Part shown: positions 49,389 through 58,691 of the stretch, piece by piece
Numbering within the stretch: the stretch's first letter is position 1
How the letters are laid out: the number at the start of each line of letters is the position of its first letter
Source of the DNA: Cypionkella sp.
Lineage (GTDB): Bacteria > Pseudomonadota > Alphaproteobacteria > Rhodobacterales > Rhodobacteraceae
NCBI GenBank assembly: GCA_025458525.1
Contig: JALOSF010000002.1
Coordinates: 1,159 to 65,158, forward strand
Length of the DNA: 64,000 bases
Reading direction: 5' to 3'
Program-made: the position numbers and the translations under genes
The notes under the pieces: generated by a model
Seen by the model: the letters and a program-made list of their open reading frames with translations, nothing else
Databases searched by the model: none
What the model was told of the DNA's origin: nothing

Positions 49389-50700
49389 CAGCCGCGAGCA
49401 GGCGCGGGATCGCGGCCAGCGTCTTTTCGGTGGCCTTGGTATGGGCCGCCACAAAGGCCGCGATCTGGCCCGCATCGGGCCGCCGATCGGCCAAAAGTGC
49501 CGCGGCAAGCGCCTCTGCATCCGGCACCGACAGCGCCACCCCTGCCGCCGCTGCCTCGGCAAAGGGGTATTCGATGGTATGGGTGTGCGGCCCGGTCAGC
49601 ACCGATTTGCCCAAGACCAGCGCCTCGGAAATATTGTGCGCGCCCTTGGGGTTGAACCCGCCGCCCACGATGGCGCGATCGCACATCGCCAGATAGCCAT
49701 ACATCTCGCCCAGACTGTCACCCAGAAAGATATCGGGACAGGGCGGCGCCTCGCCCCAAAGCGCGGGGTCGAACACCGGCCCGAGGGTCGACCGGCGCAG
49801 GACGGAAAACCCTTCGGTCTCAAGCGTTTGCGCGACAAGATTAAACCGCTCGGGCCGCCGCGGCACATAAACGAAAAGCGGCATCGGCTGGCCCAGCCCC
49901 CGCGCCTGATCGCGCAGCGCGCGGATCGCGTGGATATAGGTGTCATCCTCGCCCTCGATGGCGCTGGCAATGGTGATGACCTGCCGCCCTGCCGCCCCGA
50001 TCCAGACCCGCGCCGCCGCGCCCGCCGCGACCAAAGCCGCTGGCACCGGCTGGTCAAAGCGCAACTCTCCCGTCACCGCGATGTTCTGCACCCCGACCCC
50101 GGCAAAACGGCGCTGTTGCAGATCGGATTTCACCAGCGCCCCGGCAAAGCCACGCATCACCCCCTGCCGCAGCCGCAACCCGCCGCTGTCGCGCGCCAAG
50201 GCCCGGCTGGGGTATTGCGCGTTGCACATGAACAGCGGCACCCCTGTGCTGCGCGCGGCAAAGACCATGCGCGGCCAGATCTCGATTTCCATCACCAGCC
50301 CGTAAACCGGGCGAAAGGCGCGGAAAAACCCGGCATAGGCCCAGCCGGTTTCCAGCGGCACCCAGACCGCGCGCAATCGGCCTGCCGCGATGTCGGCGGC
50401 GAAGACCCGCTCTGCCTCGGCCCGGCCCGCCGGGGTGAAATGCGTCGTCACCACCCGCGCGCCCTGATCCAGCAGCGCCCGGATCAACGGCACCGCCGAG
50501 CGCAGTTCGCCCAAAGAGACCGCATGCACCCAGACCGCCCCCGGCAGCGGGTCTGCGTGGCGGCCAAAGCGTTCGGCCAGATGGGCGGTATAGGCGGGGT
50601 CCTTGCGACCCCGGCGCCACAGATAGCCAAGGATCAGCGGCACACCAAGGGTCCAGAGCGCGGACCAGGCCCACAGGAACAGCCGCATCTTCATCGTCAT
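49375..50700 (-). CDS. WaaA/KdtA-like (GT30) transferase, copy 2
   Basis: ERFG, WVHAVSLGE, EIEIWP, PRRPERF, DSLGEM, GAHNISE. Confidence 0.85.
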   Translation of the reverse strand: MTMKMRLFLWAWSALWTLGVPLILGYLWRRGRKDPAYTAHLAERFGRHADPLPGAVWVHAVSLGELRSAVPLIRALLDQGARVVTTHFTPAGRAEAERVFAADIAAGRLRAVWVPLETGWAYAGFFRAFRPVYGLVMEIEIWPRMVFAARSTGVPLFMCNAQYPSRALARDSGGLRLRQGVMRGFAGALVKSDLQQRRFAGVGVQNIAVTGELRFDQPVPAALVAAGAAARVWIGAAGRQVITIASAIEGEDDTYIHAIRALRDQARGLGQPMPLFVYVPRRPERFNLVAQTLETEGFSVLRRSTLGPVFDPALWGEAPPCPDIFLGDSLGEMYGYLAMCDRAIVGGGFNPKGAHNISEALVLGKSVLTGPHTHTIEYPFAEAAAAGVALSVPDAEALAAALLADRRPDAGQIAAFVAAHTKATEKTLAAIPRLLAAVRPL

Positions 50701-51962
50701 CGCATCATCCGCAACAGATCGGCGGCCAGCGGGTCAAGCGCGCCGGCGCTGCGCTGCACCATGGCCTGCGCCCGCGCCCCGATGCCGCGCAGATCCGCGT
50801 CCAGCAGCCGGGCGCCAAGCGTGCCGGGACGCAGGGAAAGTGCCGCAGCTTCACCCTCCAACGCCTTGTAGTCATTTGAAAAGTTGAAAACCTCTGGCCC
50901 GTGCAGGATGGCCGCGCCGAAATGCGCCGCCTCCCATGGGTTATGGCCGCCCACCGGCCCGAAGCTGCCACCGATCAGCGCGGCCTCCGCCAGACGATAC
51001 CACAGGCCCATCTCGCCATAGCTGTCGGCCAGCCAGACCGCATCCTGCGGCGCAGGCGTGCGGCCAAGGCTGCGCCGGGCAAAGGGCAGACCCGCCTGCG
51101 ACAGCGCCGCAGCCACCTGCCCCGCGCGCGCCGTATCGCGCGGCGCCAGGATCAGCAGCCAGCGCGGATCGGCCCGCCACAGCATCGCTTGGGCGGCCAG
51201 CGCCTCGGCCTCGTCGGCGGCGTGGGTCGAGGCCGCAACCCAGACCCGCCGCCCCGCAAGCGCCGCTGCCGCCTCGGCCAGCCGGGACGGGTCGGCGGCC
51301 AGCGGCGGGGCCGCCGATTTGAGCGAGCCGCTGATCCGCACCCCGCGCGCGCCAAGCGCCCGCAGATGCGCGGCGCTGCGGTCGTCTTGCGCGTCGATCA
51401 GGGCGAAACGGGCCAGCAAATCGCGGTAAAGCCCGCGCGCCCGCGCCCGCCGGGCCAATCCCGCCTCGGTCATGCGCGCATTGACCAGGGCCAGCGGAAT
51501 GCCGCGCGCGTGGGCCGCGACCACCGCGCCGGGCCAAAGCTCCTGTTCGGCCCAGATCGACAGTTCGGGTCGCCAATGATCGAGAAACCGCCCGACATAG
51601 CGGGGGGCATCCAGCGGCAGGTATTGATGCTGTGCCCGATCCGGCAGGTTCGCGCCGATCACCTGCGCCGATGACCGGGCCGAGGAGGTGATCAGAAACC
51701 GCAGCCCCGGATCGATCCGCCCCATCGCGGCAATCAGCCCGCGCAGGGCCAGCACCTCGCCCAAGCCCACCGCATGCAGCCAGACCAACCTTCCCTCGGG
51801 GCGCGGCTGCGTCGCCCTGCCCTGTTTTTCCGCCATGCGCTCGGGGTCTTCCTTGCCGCGCGCCAGACGGCGGCGCAGCAGCAGCGGACCGACAAGCCCG
51901 ATCAGCGGGCTTGCCGCCAGATAGGCGCGCAGCGCAAGGCCCATCGGGGCGCGGTCAGTCAC
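50697..51962 (-). CDS. WaaA/KdtA-like (GT30) transferase, copy 1
   Basis: GKEDPER, WLHAVGLGE, PLD, EQELWP, VNARM, AASTH, GGHNPWE; GTG at 51962 or ATG at 51944. Confidence 0.85.
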   Translation of the reverse strand: MTDRAPMGLALRAYLAASPLIGLVGPLLLRRRLARGKEDPERMAEKQGRATQPRPEGRLVWLHAVGLGEVLALRGLIAAMGRIDPGLRFLITSSARSSAQVIGANLPDRAQHQYLPLDAPRYVGRFLDHWRPELSIWAEQELWPGAVVAAHARGIPLALVNARMTEAGLARRARARGLYRDLLARFALIDAQDDRSAAHLRALGARGVRISGSLKSAAPPLAADPSRLAEAAAALAGRRVWVAASTHAADEAEALAAQAMLWRADPRWLLILAPRDTARAGQVAAALSQAGLPFARRSLGRTPAPQDAVWLADSYGEMGLWYRLAEAALIGGSFGPVGGHNPWEAAHFGAAILHGPEVFNFSNDYKALEGEAAALSLRPGTLGARLLDADLRGIGARAQAMVQRSAGALDPLAADLLRMMR

Positions 51963-53070
51963 GGAACGCCTTTTGCAGCCCCTGCGCCCAGAAGGCAGGG
52001 TCGGCGAGGGTCTGGGCAAAACGGTCGGCCGCGCGCCCGGTGCCAAAGCCGGTGTCGGGCGCGTGCCGATGCCCCCAGCGGCTGGCCAGAAACTGCGCCA
52101 CCGCCGCCGAATCCCCCGCGTCGGCAAAGGCGACCGAGGCCGCCAGCGCCCGGTTGGTCTGGCGCGTGCCCACGTCGAGCGAGGGCAGCCCAAGGAACGG
52201 CGCCTCGCGCACACCGGCGCTGCTGTTGCCGACCATGCAGGCCGCGTGTTTCATCAACTCGGAAAAATGGGCAAAGCGCATCGACGGGATCAGGCGGAAG
52301 CGGTCCTTTGGCAGCGCGTCCAGCACCGCGGAAATCGCCTCGGACCCTGGGTCGTTGTTGGGCGCGATCACCACGAAATTGCGCCCCGAAGCCTCCAGCG
52401 CGCCAAACAGCGCCTGCGCCTGCGCGCCCATGGTCGCCTGTTCGCTGGTCACGGGATGGAACACCGCGATCCCATAGTCGGCAAAGGGGATGGCATAGCG
52501 CGCCCGCACCTCGTCAAGGCTGACGCCCGAGGGGCCGGCGTGAAAGTCAAGCTCGGGCGAGCCGATCACATGGATCGCCTCCTGCGGTTCTCCCAGCGCC
52601 ATCACCCGGCGTTTCGCGCTGTCCGAGGACACGAAATGATGCGTCGCCAGCTTGGTGTTGCAATGGCGGAACACCTCGTCGATGGTGCCCGACACCTCGC
52701 CGCCCTCGATATGGGCGGACGGGATGTAATTGGTCGCCGCCACCAGCGCGCCCGCCAGCGCCTCGATCCGGTCGCCATGGATCAGGATCAGGTCGGGCTT
52801 GTGTTCGGTGATGTAGTCGGAAAAGCCGACCACCGTCTTGGCCAGAACGATGTCCTGCCCGTCACCGGGGCGCTGGTTCAGGAATTCATGCACCCGCACG
52901 CCGGGCATGCGCTGCACCTCCAGCTTGGTCAGGCCGTAGCGGTCCATCATATGCATGCCGGTGACAAAGAATGTCACCTTGTGCCCCGCATCGCGCGCGG
53001 CAGCGGCAAGGGGTTCGAGCTTGCCGAAATCGGCACGCGTGCCGGTCAGGAAAAGAAGATCACGGGTCAT
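51955..53070 (-). CDS. neuC: Hydrolysing UDP-GlcNAc 2-epimerase
   Basis: TGTRADFG, VTGMH, HGDRIE, HIEGGE.SGTIDE, FHPVT, GNSS.G.REAP. Confidence 0.9.
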   Translation of the reverse strand: MTRDLLFLTGTRADFGKLEPLAAAARDAGHKVTFFVTGMHMMDRYGLTKLEVQRMPGVRVHEFLNQRPGDGQDIVLAKTVVGFSDYITEHKPDLILIHGDRIEALAGALVAATNYIPSAHIEGGEVSGTIDEVFRHCNTKLATHHFVSSDSAKRRVMALGEPQEAIHVIGSPELDFHAGPSGVSLDEVRARYAIPFADYGIAVFHPVTSEQATMGAQAQALFGALEASGRNFVVIAPNNDPGSEAISAVLDALPKDRFRLIPSMRFAHFSELMKHAACMVGNSSAGVREAPFLGLPSLDVGTRQTNRALAASVAFADAGDSAAVAQFLASRWGHRHAPDTGFGTGRAADRFAQTLADPAFWAQGLQKAFRD

Positions 53071-53112
53071 GCAAGGTTCCCGGGCATAACAAAGGCGCAT
53101 CGGCCTTGAGGG

Positions 53113-53886
53113 TCAGGTTAAGGTGCCGCCGTTCTCAAGCCAATAGCGGGCCATCCACGGGACGCGCCCATGGCCCATATGGGGAAAGCGATCCCAGAAC
53201 AGCTTCTTTCGGTCGATCAGGTCGATCGGACGCGGGATGCCGTGAAAGGCCAGCACCTTGGTGCCCGGCGGGGGCGCCTTGGGGGGCAAAAACAGGTCAA
53301 GCCCCGGCGGCTGGCGCAGCTTGCGCTTGAAGCTGATCACCCAGTCGTCGGGCCAATAGCTGATGCCGTCCAGCGTGGCGGCGGTGTAATCCTGTTCGGT
53401 GCGATACCGGCCCAGGATCTGCGCCTTGTTGGCGGCAAAGCCTGTGGCCAGATGCCCCAGCGCCCCGGCATCAAAGGCGATGATGGCCGAGCAGAGTTTC
53501 GGCTTGCCCCCGGGCTCGCGCCCCCAGGCCGAGGTTTCATTGATCCCGATGAAGGTGCCGGGACGGTCAAAGAACGCATCCAGATCGCCGACCACCACCA
53601 TATCAAGATCGATGAACAGGCAGCGCCCGGTCAACCCGTGCAGATGGGGGTCGTAAATGCCCAGCTTCGGCCAGATGCCGCCGCGATACCATTCCTCGGG
53701 CGTCAGGCCCACATCCGGTATCGGCAACGGCTCTATCCCCGGCAGCAATCCGGTCGCGTCATCGGTCAGGCAGACAAAGCGGAACGCGCCCCGCATCGCC
53801 TTGCGGCAGGCGTTGAACAGCACGTTCACATAATCTGCCGGATAGCGGGTGCCGTATTTCAGGCTCAGGATGATGCGATCCGCCAC
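53113..53886 (-). CDS. Putative GT-A glycosyltransferase
   Basis: KYGTRY..DYVN.L, FVCLTDD, WPKL, FIDLDMVV, EQD, FHG.PRP. Confidence 0.72.
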   Translation of the reverse strand: MADRIILSLKYGTRYPADYVNVLFNACRKAMRGAFRFVCLTDDATGLLPGIEPLPIPDVGLTPEEWYRGGIWPKLGIYDPHLHGLTGRCLFIDLDMVVVGDLDAFFDRPGTFIGINETSAWGREPGGKPKLCSAIIAFDAGALGHLATGFAANKAQILGRYRTEQDYTAATLDGISYWPDDWVISFKRKLRQPPGLDLFLPPKAPPPGTKVLAFHGIPRPIDLIDRKKLFWDRFPHMGHGRVPWMARYWLENGGTLT

Positions 53887-53999
53887 GCAGTGTTCCTATC
53901 GCTCGCGCCATGGGGAATTGTGGTTTATGTCCGCCTTGCAAAGTTTACAAGGACTGTCTGAAACGCTTGCCGACGACCAAAAAAGGAGAGACCGGCGTG

Positions 54000-54980
54000 A
54001 TGACGCGCACCAAAGCCGCCGCGAAGAACGTTTTCATCGTCAATTCGCCGTTTCAGGTCCTGTGCGCGATCGAGGCACGCGAGGTCTTTTGCAAAGGCGC
54101 GCTGAACATCCTCGTGGTGCTTTTGATGGATGCCGAGGGCACGCTTGGCGACACGCAGCTTCGTGCGCTGACAGCCGATGGTTGGGGCGATGTGCTTTAT
54201 GTGCCTTATGGCAGCAAAAAGGGATTGCGGCGCGAACTTGCCAAGCCGGCGATCGTCGCGCAGATCCTTGCCCGCCACGGGCGAGTCCACCGGGTGTTTG
54301 TCGGAAACGGGCGGTTGACCTGGCTGCTGGCTGCGGGACGGCTGATCGGAGACACCACCCTTCAGCTTGACGATGGGGCGGCCTCGATCAAGATCCTGTC
54401 CAGCAGGGCAGCGGAGCCCCCGGCGGCGGCGCCCGGCACGCAGTTCTTTTCGATCTTCGCGCTGCCAGAGCATGCGCCCTGGGCGCAGCGCAACACATTG
54501 TCCACCCTGCGCGAGGAGCGCCGGAGCAGGCCCTTTACCCAGGGAAGCCATGCGCTTCTGGTCGGCCAGAAACTTTCCGAAGACGGGCAGATCACGCTGT
54601 CCGAGGAACTGTTCCTGTGGAAAACCTACATGGACCAAAGCAAGGCGCCGCTGTTTCGCTACATCCCGCATCGCGGCGACAGCACGCAAAAGCTGACCGC
54701 GTTGCAGAGCATGGGTGTCGAAATCGTGAACCCTCCCGTGCCGTTCGAATTGTTCCTTGTGCGGGTGACCGAGATCCCCGCAGCCATCGCGTCGTTTTAT
54801 TCCACCACACTGTTTACAAGCGCGATGCTTTTGCCCGGCGTCGCAACCCATGCCATCCAGTTCGCACAGCGCAACACCGCGCCAGCCCGTGCCGAAGAAA
54901 TTCGATCGGTCTATGCCCGGCTTCGCCAAAATGGCACCGAGGTGCTTGACTACCCGTTGCCCGATCACGAAGGCGGCTGA
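54000..54980 (+). CDS. Sialyltransferase-like GT-B protein
   Basis: SPFQ N-terminus, DDG motif, YIPHR, PFE, SFYSTTL; lies inside the neu locus. Confidence 0.65.
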   Translation: MTRTKAAAKNVFIVNSPFQVLCAIEAREVFCKGALNILVVLLMDAEGTLGDTQLRALTADGWGDVLYVPYGSKKGLRRELAKPAIVAQILARHGRVHRVFVGNGRLTWLLAAGRLIGDTTLQLDDGAASIKILSSRAAEPPAAAPGTQFFSIFALPEHAPWAQRNTLSTLREERRSRPFTQGSHALLVGQKLSEDGQITLSEELFLWKTYMDQSKAPLFRYIPHRGDSTQKLTALQSMGVEIVNPPVPFELFLVRVTEIPAAIASFYSTTLFTSAMLLPGVATHAIQFAQRNTAPARAEEIRSVYARLRQNGTEVLDYPLPDHEGG

Positions 54981-55003
54981 AGCCGAAGGCACGGGGGGGG
55001 CGG

Positions 55004-55780
55004 TCAGGGTTTCAACATGCCCTTGCGCAAAAGCCACCAGAAGCGCCGCACATAATTGCCGAGCTTCAGCCGGTAATGCGGCAGGCGGCGATACCATTTG
55101 AATTTCTTCACCGCCGCAAAGTCTTTGCCGGTGATCGTGCTGACCCCGCCATCGTCGGGGTGGCTGGACCAGGGTTCCAGGCCGAACTGACGATACTCGT
55201 GCAGGAAGAACCGGTTCAGTTCATGATCCAGCGCGCGGGTCTGCGGCCAAAGGCGGGGCAGCAGGCGCGCGGCGACCTCGCGGTGGATCAGATAGGCCGC
55301 ATTGCCGGTAAAGGGGCCGACATAGGCGTTCAGCCGGTAAGGCCCCAGCCGGGCCTGCGTGACCGGAAACTTGGCGCGGATGCAGTTGAACCGCACCAGA
55401 TCCCACGCGGTGTGATGCGCCAGGGCTGTGTCGAGGGCGACAAGAAAGTCGTCATGAAACACTACGTCATCTTCAAAGATCAACGCCACCTTGTGCGGGC
55501 TGTCCAGAAAGGCGCGCCAGACCGCCGTATGGCTGGCATAGACGCCCAGCTTTCCCGGCAACAGCGGGCTGCCCATGTTGCGCGCATAGGCCTGCGGGTC
55601 GGCCGCGCGCAACAAGCGCGCCTCCTCGGCGCGGCCATCGACGGCGGGAAACAGCGTCCAGCTGAGCCCCATGGCAGAGAGTTGGCGTTCCATCGCGTCA
55701 CGCCGCGCGGTGTCGCGCGGCAAGTTGATCAGCCAGATGCCAACATCGGCGCGCGTCAGGCTCACGCCAGATCGCTCCAC
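55004..55780 (-). CDS. Glycosyltransferase family 25
   Basis: INLPRD..RR, FPAVDG, G.YASH..VW, IFEDD, AYLI. Confidence 0.88.
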   Translation of the reverse strand: MERSGVSLTRADVGIWLINLPRDTARRDAMERQLSAMGLSWTLFPAVDGRAEEARLLRAADPQAYARNMGSPLLPGKLGVYASHTAVWRAFLDSPHKVALIFEDDVVFHDDFLVALDTALAHHTAWDLVRFNCIRAKFPVTQARLGPYRLNAYVGPFTGNAAYLIHREVAARLLPRLWPQTRALDHELNRFFLHEYRQFGLEPWSSHPDDGGVSTITGKDFAAVKKFKWYRRLPHYRLKLGNYVRRFWWLLRKGMLKP

Positions 55781-56796
55781 TTCAGCTGGGTGTTGCGGGT
55801 GACGGCGCGGGTCAGGCGCTTGCCCAGGACGGTGTCGAAGTCATAGGCCGCGATTTCGCCGCTGCCGGGGCGGCGGGCCCAGATGTCGGCCTCGGTGATC
55901 ACATGGCCTGCGGGCAGATCGGCATCCGCCACGACCGAGCCCCGCGCAAAGCGATAGACATCCTCCTCGGGGGCCGAGCGTTGCTTGGGGTTGTTGGCAG
56001 CGATCCAGATCTCGCGCGAGCGGTCGATCAGGTGGCGCAATTCCGATGGGTCCATCGAGTTGATGATGTCCGGCCCCTTGCGATAGCGGGTGTCGGTGTA
56101 ATGCCGTTCGAGGATGCAGGCGCCAAGCGCGACCGAGGCCAGCGCCATTTCCGGCCCGATCGAATGGTCGGAAAACCCGACGACCGCTTTTGGAAACGCC
56201 TGTTTGAGGTCGGTCACGCCGCGCAAGGACACGATCTCGGGCGGCGAGGGATAGAGGTTGGTGCATTCGAGCAGCGCATAGTCCACCCCCGCCGCATCCA
56301 GAATGGCAACGGACGCGCGGATGGTTTCAATCGTCTGCATGCCGGTGGACAGGATCACCGGCTTGCCCTTGCGCGCGATGTGGCGGATCAGCGGCAGGTT
56401 GTCGGCCTCTCCCGACCCGATCTTGTAGGCCGGCACGTCCAGCGTTTCGAGGAAATCCGCCGCCGCACGCGAAAATGGCGTGGAAATCCAGATCAGCCCG
56501 AGGCTTTCGGTGTAACGCTTCAGCTCGGCTTCCTCGTCCTGCGACAGCGCGCAGCGTTCCATCACATGCCAGATCGACACATCGGCATTGGGCGGAAAGA
56601 TCGACTTCGCCTCCTCGGTCATCTCGTCTTCGATGATATGGGTCTGATGCTTGATCATCTCGCAGCCTGCCCCTGCGGCAAGGCGCACCATTTCCTTTGC
56701 GACGGCAAGATCGCCGCCATGGTTGATGCCGATTTCCGCGATCACCAAGGGCGGGTGGTTCGGGCCAATTTCACGCGAGCCGATTTTCATGGGCAA
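55762..56796 (-). CDS. neuB: N-acetylneuraminate synthase
   Basis: IAEIGINHGG, KHQTH, STPF, KIGSGE, STGM, FSDHS, ERHYT, C-terminal SAF/AFP domain. Confidence 0.93.
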   Translation of the reverse strand: MPMKIGSREIGPNHPPLVIAEIGINHGGDLAVAKEMVRLAAGAGCEMIKHQTHIIEDEMTEEAKSIFPPNADVSIWHVMERCALSQDEEAELKRYTESLGLIWISTPFSRAAADFLETLDVPAYKIGSGEADNLPLIRHIARKGKPVILSTGMQTIETIRASVAILDAAGVDYALLECTNLYPSPPEIVSLRGVTDLKQAFPKAVVGFSDHSIGPEMALASVALGACILERHYTDTRYRKGPDIINSMDPSELRHLIDRSREIWIAANNPKQRSAPEEDVYRFARGSVVADADLPAGHVITEADIWARRPGSGEIAAYDFDTVLGKRLTRAVTRNTQLKWSDLA

Positions 56797-56849
56797 AGTC
56801 CTTTGCAGCTTTGCCCTGATCTACCCTTCGGCGGGCAAAAGGAAAAGCC

Positions 56850-57959
56850 CTATGCCCGCAGACGCGCCGCAAGCCGCGCGATGCGCGCGCGGATTTCGGG
56901 CCGCACCGGGCCTTCGCGCGGCGCATCCAGAAGGGTGGAGATCAGCGCAGGCTGCGGTGGTGGCCGCCCGCCCCCGCCCCAGGACAGACCCGCCAGCACC
57001 GCTTGCGCCGGGCTTGGCAGGTCGGGCGGGATCTCGCGCCCCGAAAGCGTGGCCCAAAGCGCCGTCCAGCAGCGGCCCACCGTCCAGGGGTTATAGCCGC
57101 CACCGCCCAGCAGCAAGAAGCGCGGCGCCAGCGGGCGCAAGGCGCGCAGCACCTCGACATAGGCGCGGTTCGACAGGGCAAGGCGCGACAGCGGATCTTC
57201 CTCGACCGAATCCGCCCCGGCCTGCAACACGATCACATCGGGCCGGTGCGCCGCGACATGGGGCAGGATCACACCCTCCAGCACCGCGCGCATTTCGGTG
57301 TCGTTGAACCCGCGCGGCACCGGCAGATTGACGCAATTTCCGCCCCCGTCATCGTCCAGCGCGCCGGTAAAGGGCCAGCGCCCCTCCTCATGGGTTGAAA
57401 CGAGCAGCGTATCGGCCGCGCCGGCAAGCCCGTGCTGCACACCGTCGCAATGATGCGCGTCGATATCGACATAGGCGATGCGGCCAAATCCGGCCCGGCG
57501 CAGCGCAAGGATCGCCAGAACCGGATCGTTCAGATAGCAAAAGCCGTTGGCCCGATCGGGCAAGCCATGATGCGTGCCGCCCCCCGGCACATGCACCGCA
57601 TCGGTCCCCGTGGCCAGCAGCTCTGCCGCCAGCATCACGCCCCCCGCCCCGGTGGCCGGGCGCGAAAACATCTGCGCAAAGACCGGGTTTGACAGGGTGC
57701 CAAGATGATGGCGCGCCCGCACCTTGTCGCTGACCGCGCCTTCGGCCTCGGCCCGGTGCAGCGCCGCGATGTAATCGGCATCGTGCCAGAGTGTCAGCGT
57801 CGCAGCCTTTGCGCGCGGGCTGGTGCGATACTGCGCGGGCGGCAGCCAATCCAGCGCGCGGCACAGGTCCATCACCGTGGACACCCGTGGCACGCGCAAC
57901 GGATGGGCCGGGCCATAGGACGAGCCGCGGTAGATTTCTGACCCGATGAACAGCGGCAA
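56850..57959 (-). CDS. acuC: AcuC-like histone-deacetylase-family protein
   Basis: HPL..PR, GGTHH, GFCYLND, DIDAHHCDG, QAGAD...DPL, GGGGY; start uncertain. Confidence 0.85.
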   Translation of the reverse strand: MPLFIGSEIYRGSSYGPAHPLRVPRVSTVMDLCRALDWLPPAQYRTSPRAKAATLTLWHDADYIAALHRAEAEGAVSDKVRARHHLGTLSNPVFAQMFSRPATGAGGVMLAAELLATGTDAVHVPGGGTHHGLPDRANGFCYLNDPVLAILALRRAGFGRIAYVDIDAHHCDGVQHGLAGAADTLLVSTHEEGRWPFTGALDDDGGGNCVNLPVPRGFNDTEMRAVLEGVILPHVAAHRPDVIVLQAGADSVEEDPLSRLALSNRAYVEVLRALRPLAPRFLLLGGGGYNPWTVGRCWTALWATLSGREIPPDLPSPAQAVLAGLSWGGGGRPPPQPALISTLLDAPREGPVRPEIRARIARLAARLRA

Positions 57960-57961
57960 GA

Positions 57962-58519
57962 TCAGCGCAGAAGCGGCTCGATCTGCGCGGTGATCGCGCG
58001 TGACGTCGGCTTGACCGATGCCCCCCAGGTGCCAAGCACGTCGCCCTGCGGGCCGATCAGCACCTTGTTGAAATTCCAGCGCGGGGTAAACCCATGCTCG
58101 GCGGCAAGCCAGGCATAGAACGGATGCGCCTTGGCGCCGCGCACCTGGGTGATGTCGGTCATCGGCAGGGTAAGGTCGAAGTTGATCGCGCAATATTCCT
58201 TGACCGCTGCCGCATCAGCCAATTCCTGATTGAAATCATCCGATGGCACCGCCAGCACCAGAAGGCCGCGGGCAGCGTAACGGTCATGCAAGGCTTGCAG
58301 ATCGTCAAACTGCCCGGCAAAGCCGCACATCGATGCGGTGTTGACCACCAGCACCGGCTTGCCCCGCCAGTCGTTCAAGTCGATGCGCCCCCCGTCGATC
58401 GAGGCAAAGCTGAACCCGGCAGTGGCCGCCTGCACCGGCACGGCTGCGGGCAGCAGGCAAAGACCCAGCACAGACAGTCCCGTCATCACAAAAGCCCGGC
58501 GCAGCATCTGATCCCCCAT
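57962..58519 (-). CDS. Glutathione peroxidase family protein with signal peptide
   Basis: VVNTASMCGF, VPSDDFNQE, PRWNFNKVL. Confidence 0.9.
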   Translation of the reverse strand: MGDQMLRRAFVMTGLSVLGLCLLPAAVPVQAATAGFSFASIDGGRIDLNDWRGKPVLVVNTASMCGFAGQFDDLQALHDRYAARGLLVLAVPSDDFNQELADAAAVKEYCAINFDLTLPMTDITQVRGAKAHPFYAWLAAEHGFTPRWNFNKVLIGPQGDVLGTWGASVKPTSRAITAQIEPLLR

Positions 58520-58691
58520 GGTTGACCCTCGACAGATAGACCGCTTCAACAAAACGTCAAAAGCGGAAACAACCTGCCCGTTATGGGGTGTCATTTTCCC
58601 GCCGACGATGCCATGTTACCTTATGTCACCCTCCCCCGCGCTGTCACGCGGCGGGGCATGGCTTCCACTGACCAAGCAAAGAAAAAACGGC

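Noticed and set aside
54993-55000. G8 tract as a phase-variation site
   Set aside because: Lies between two convergent stop codons, so it cannot shift a frame or promoter spacing
58589-58647. Several TGTCAY hexamers as a Pho box before the NUDIX gene
   Set aside because: Spacing does not follow the 11-bp period
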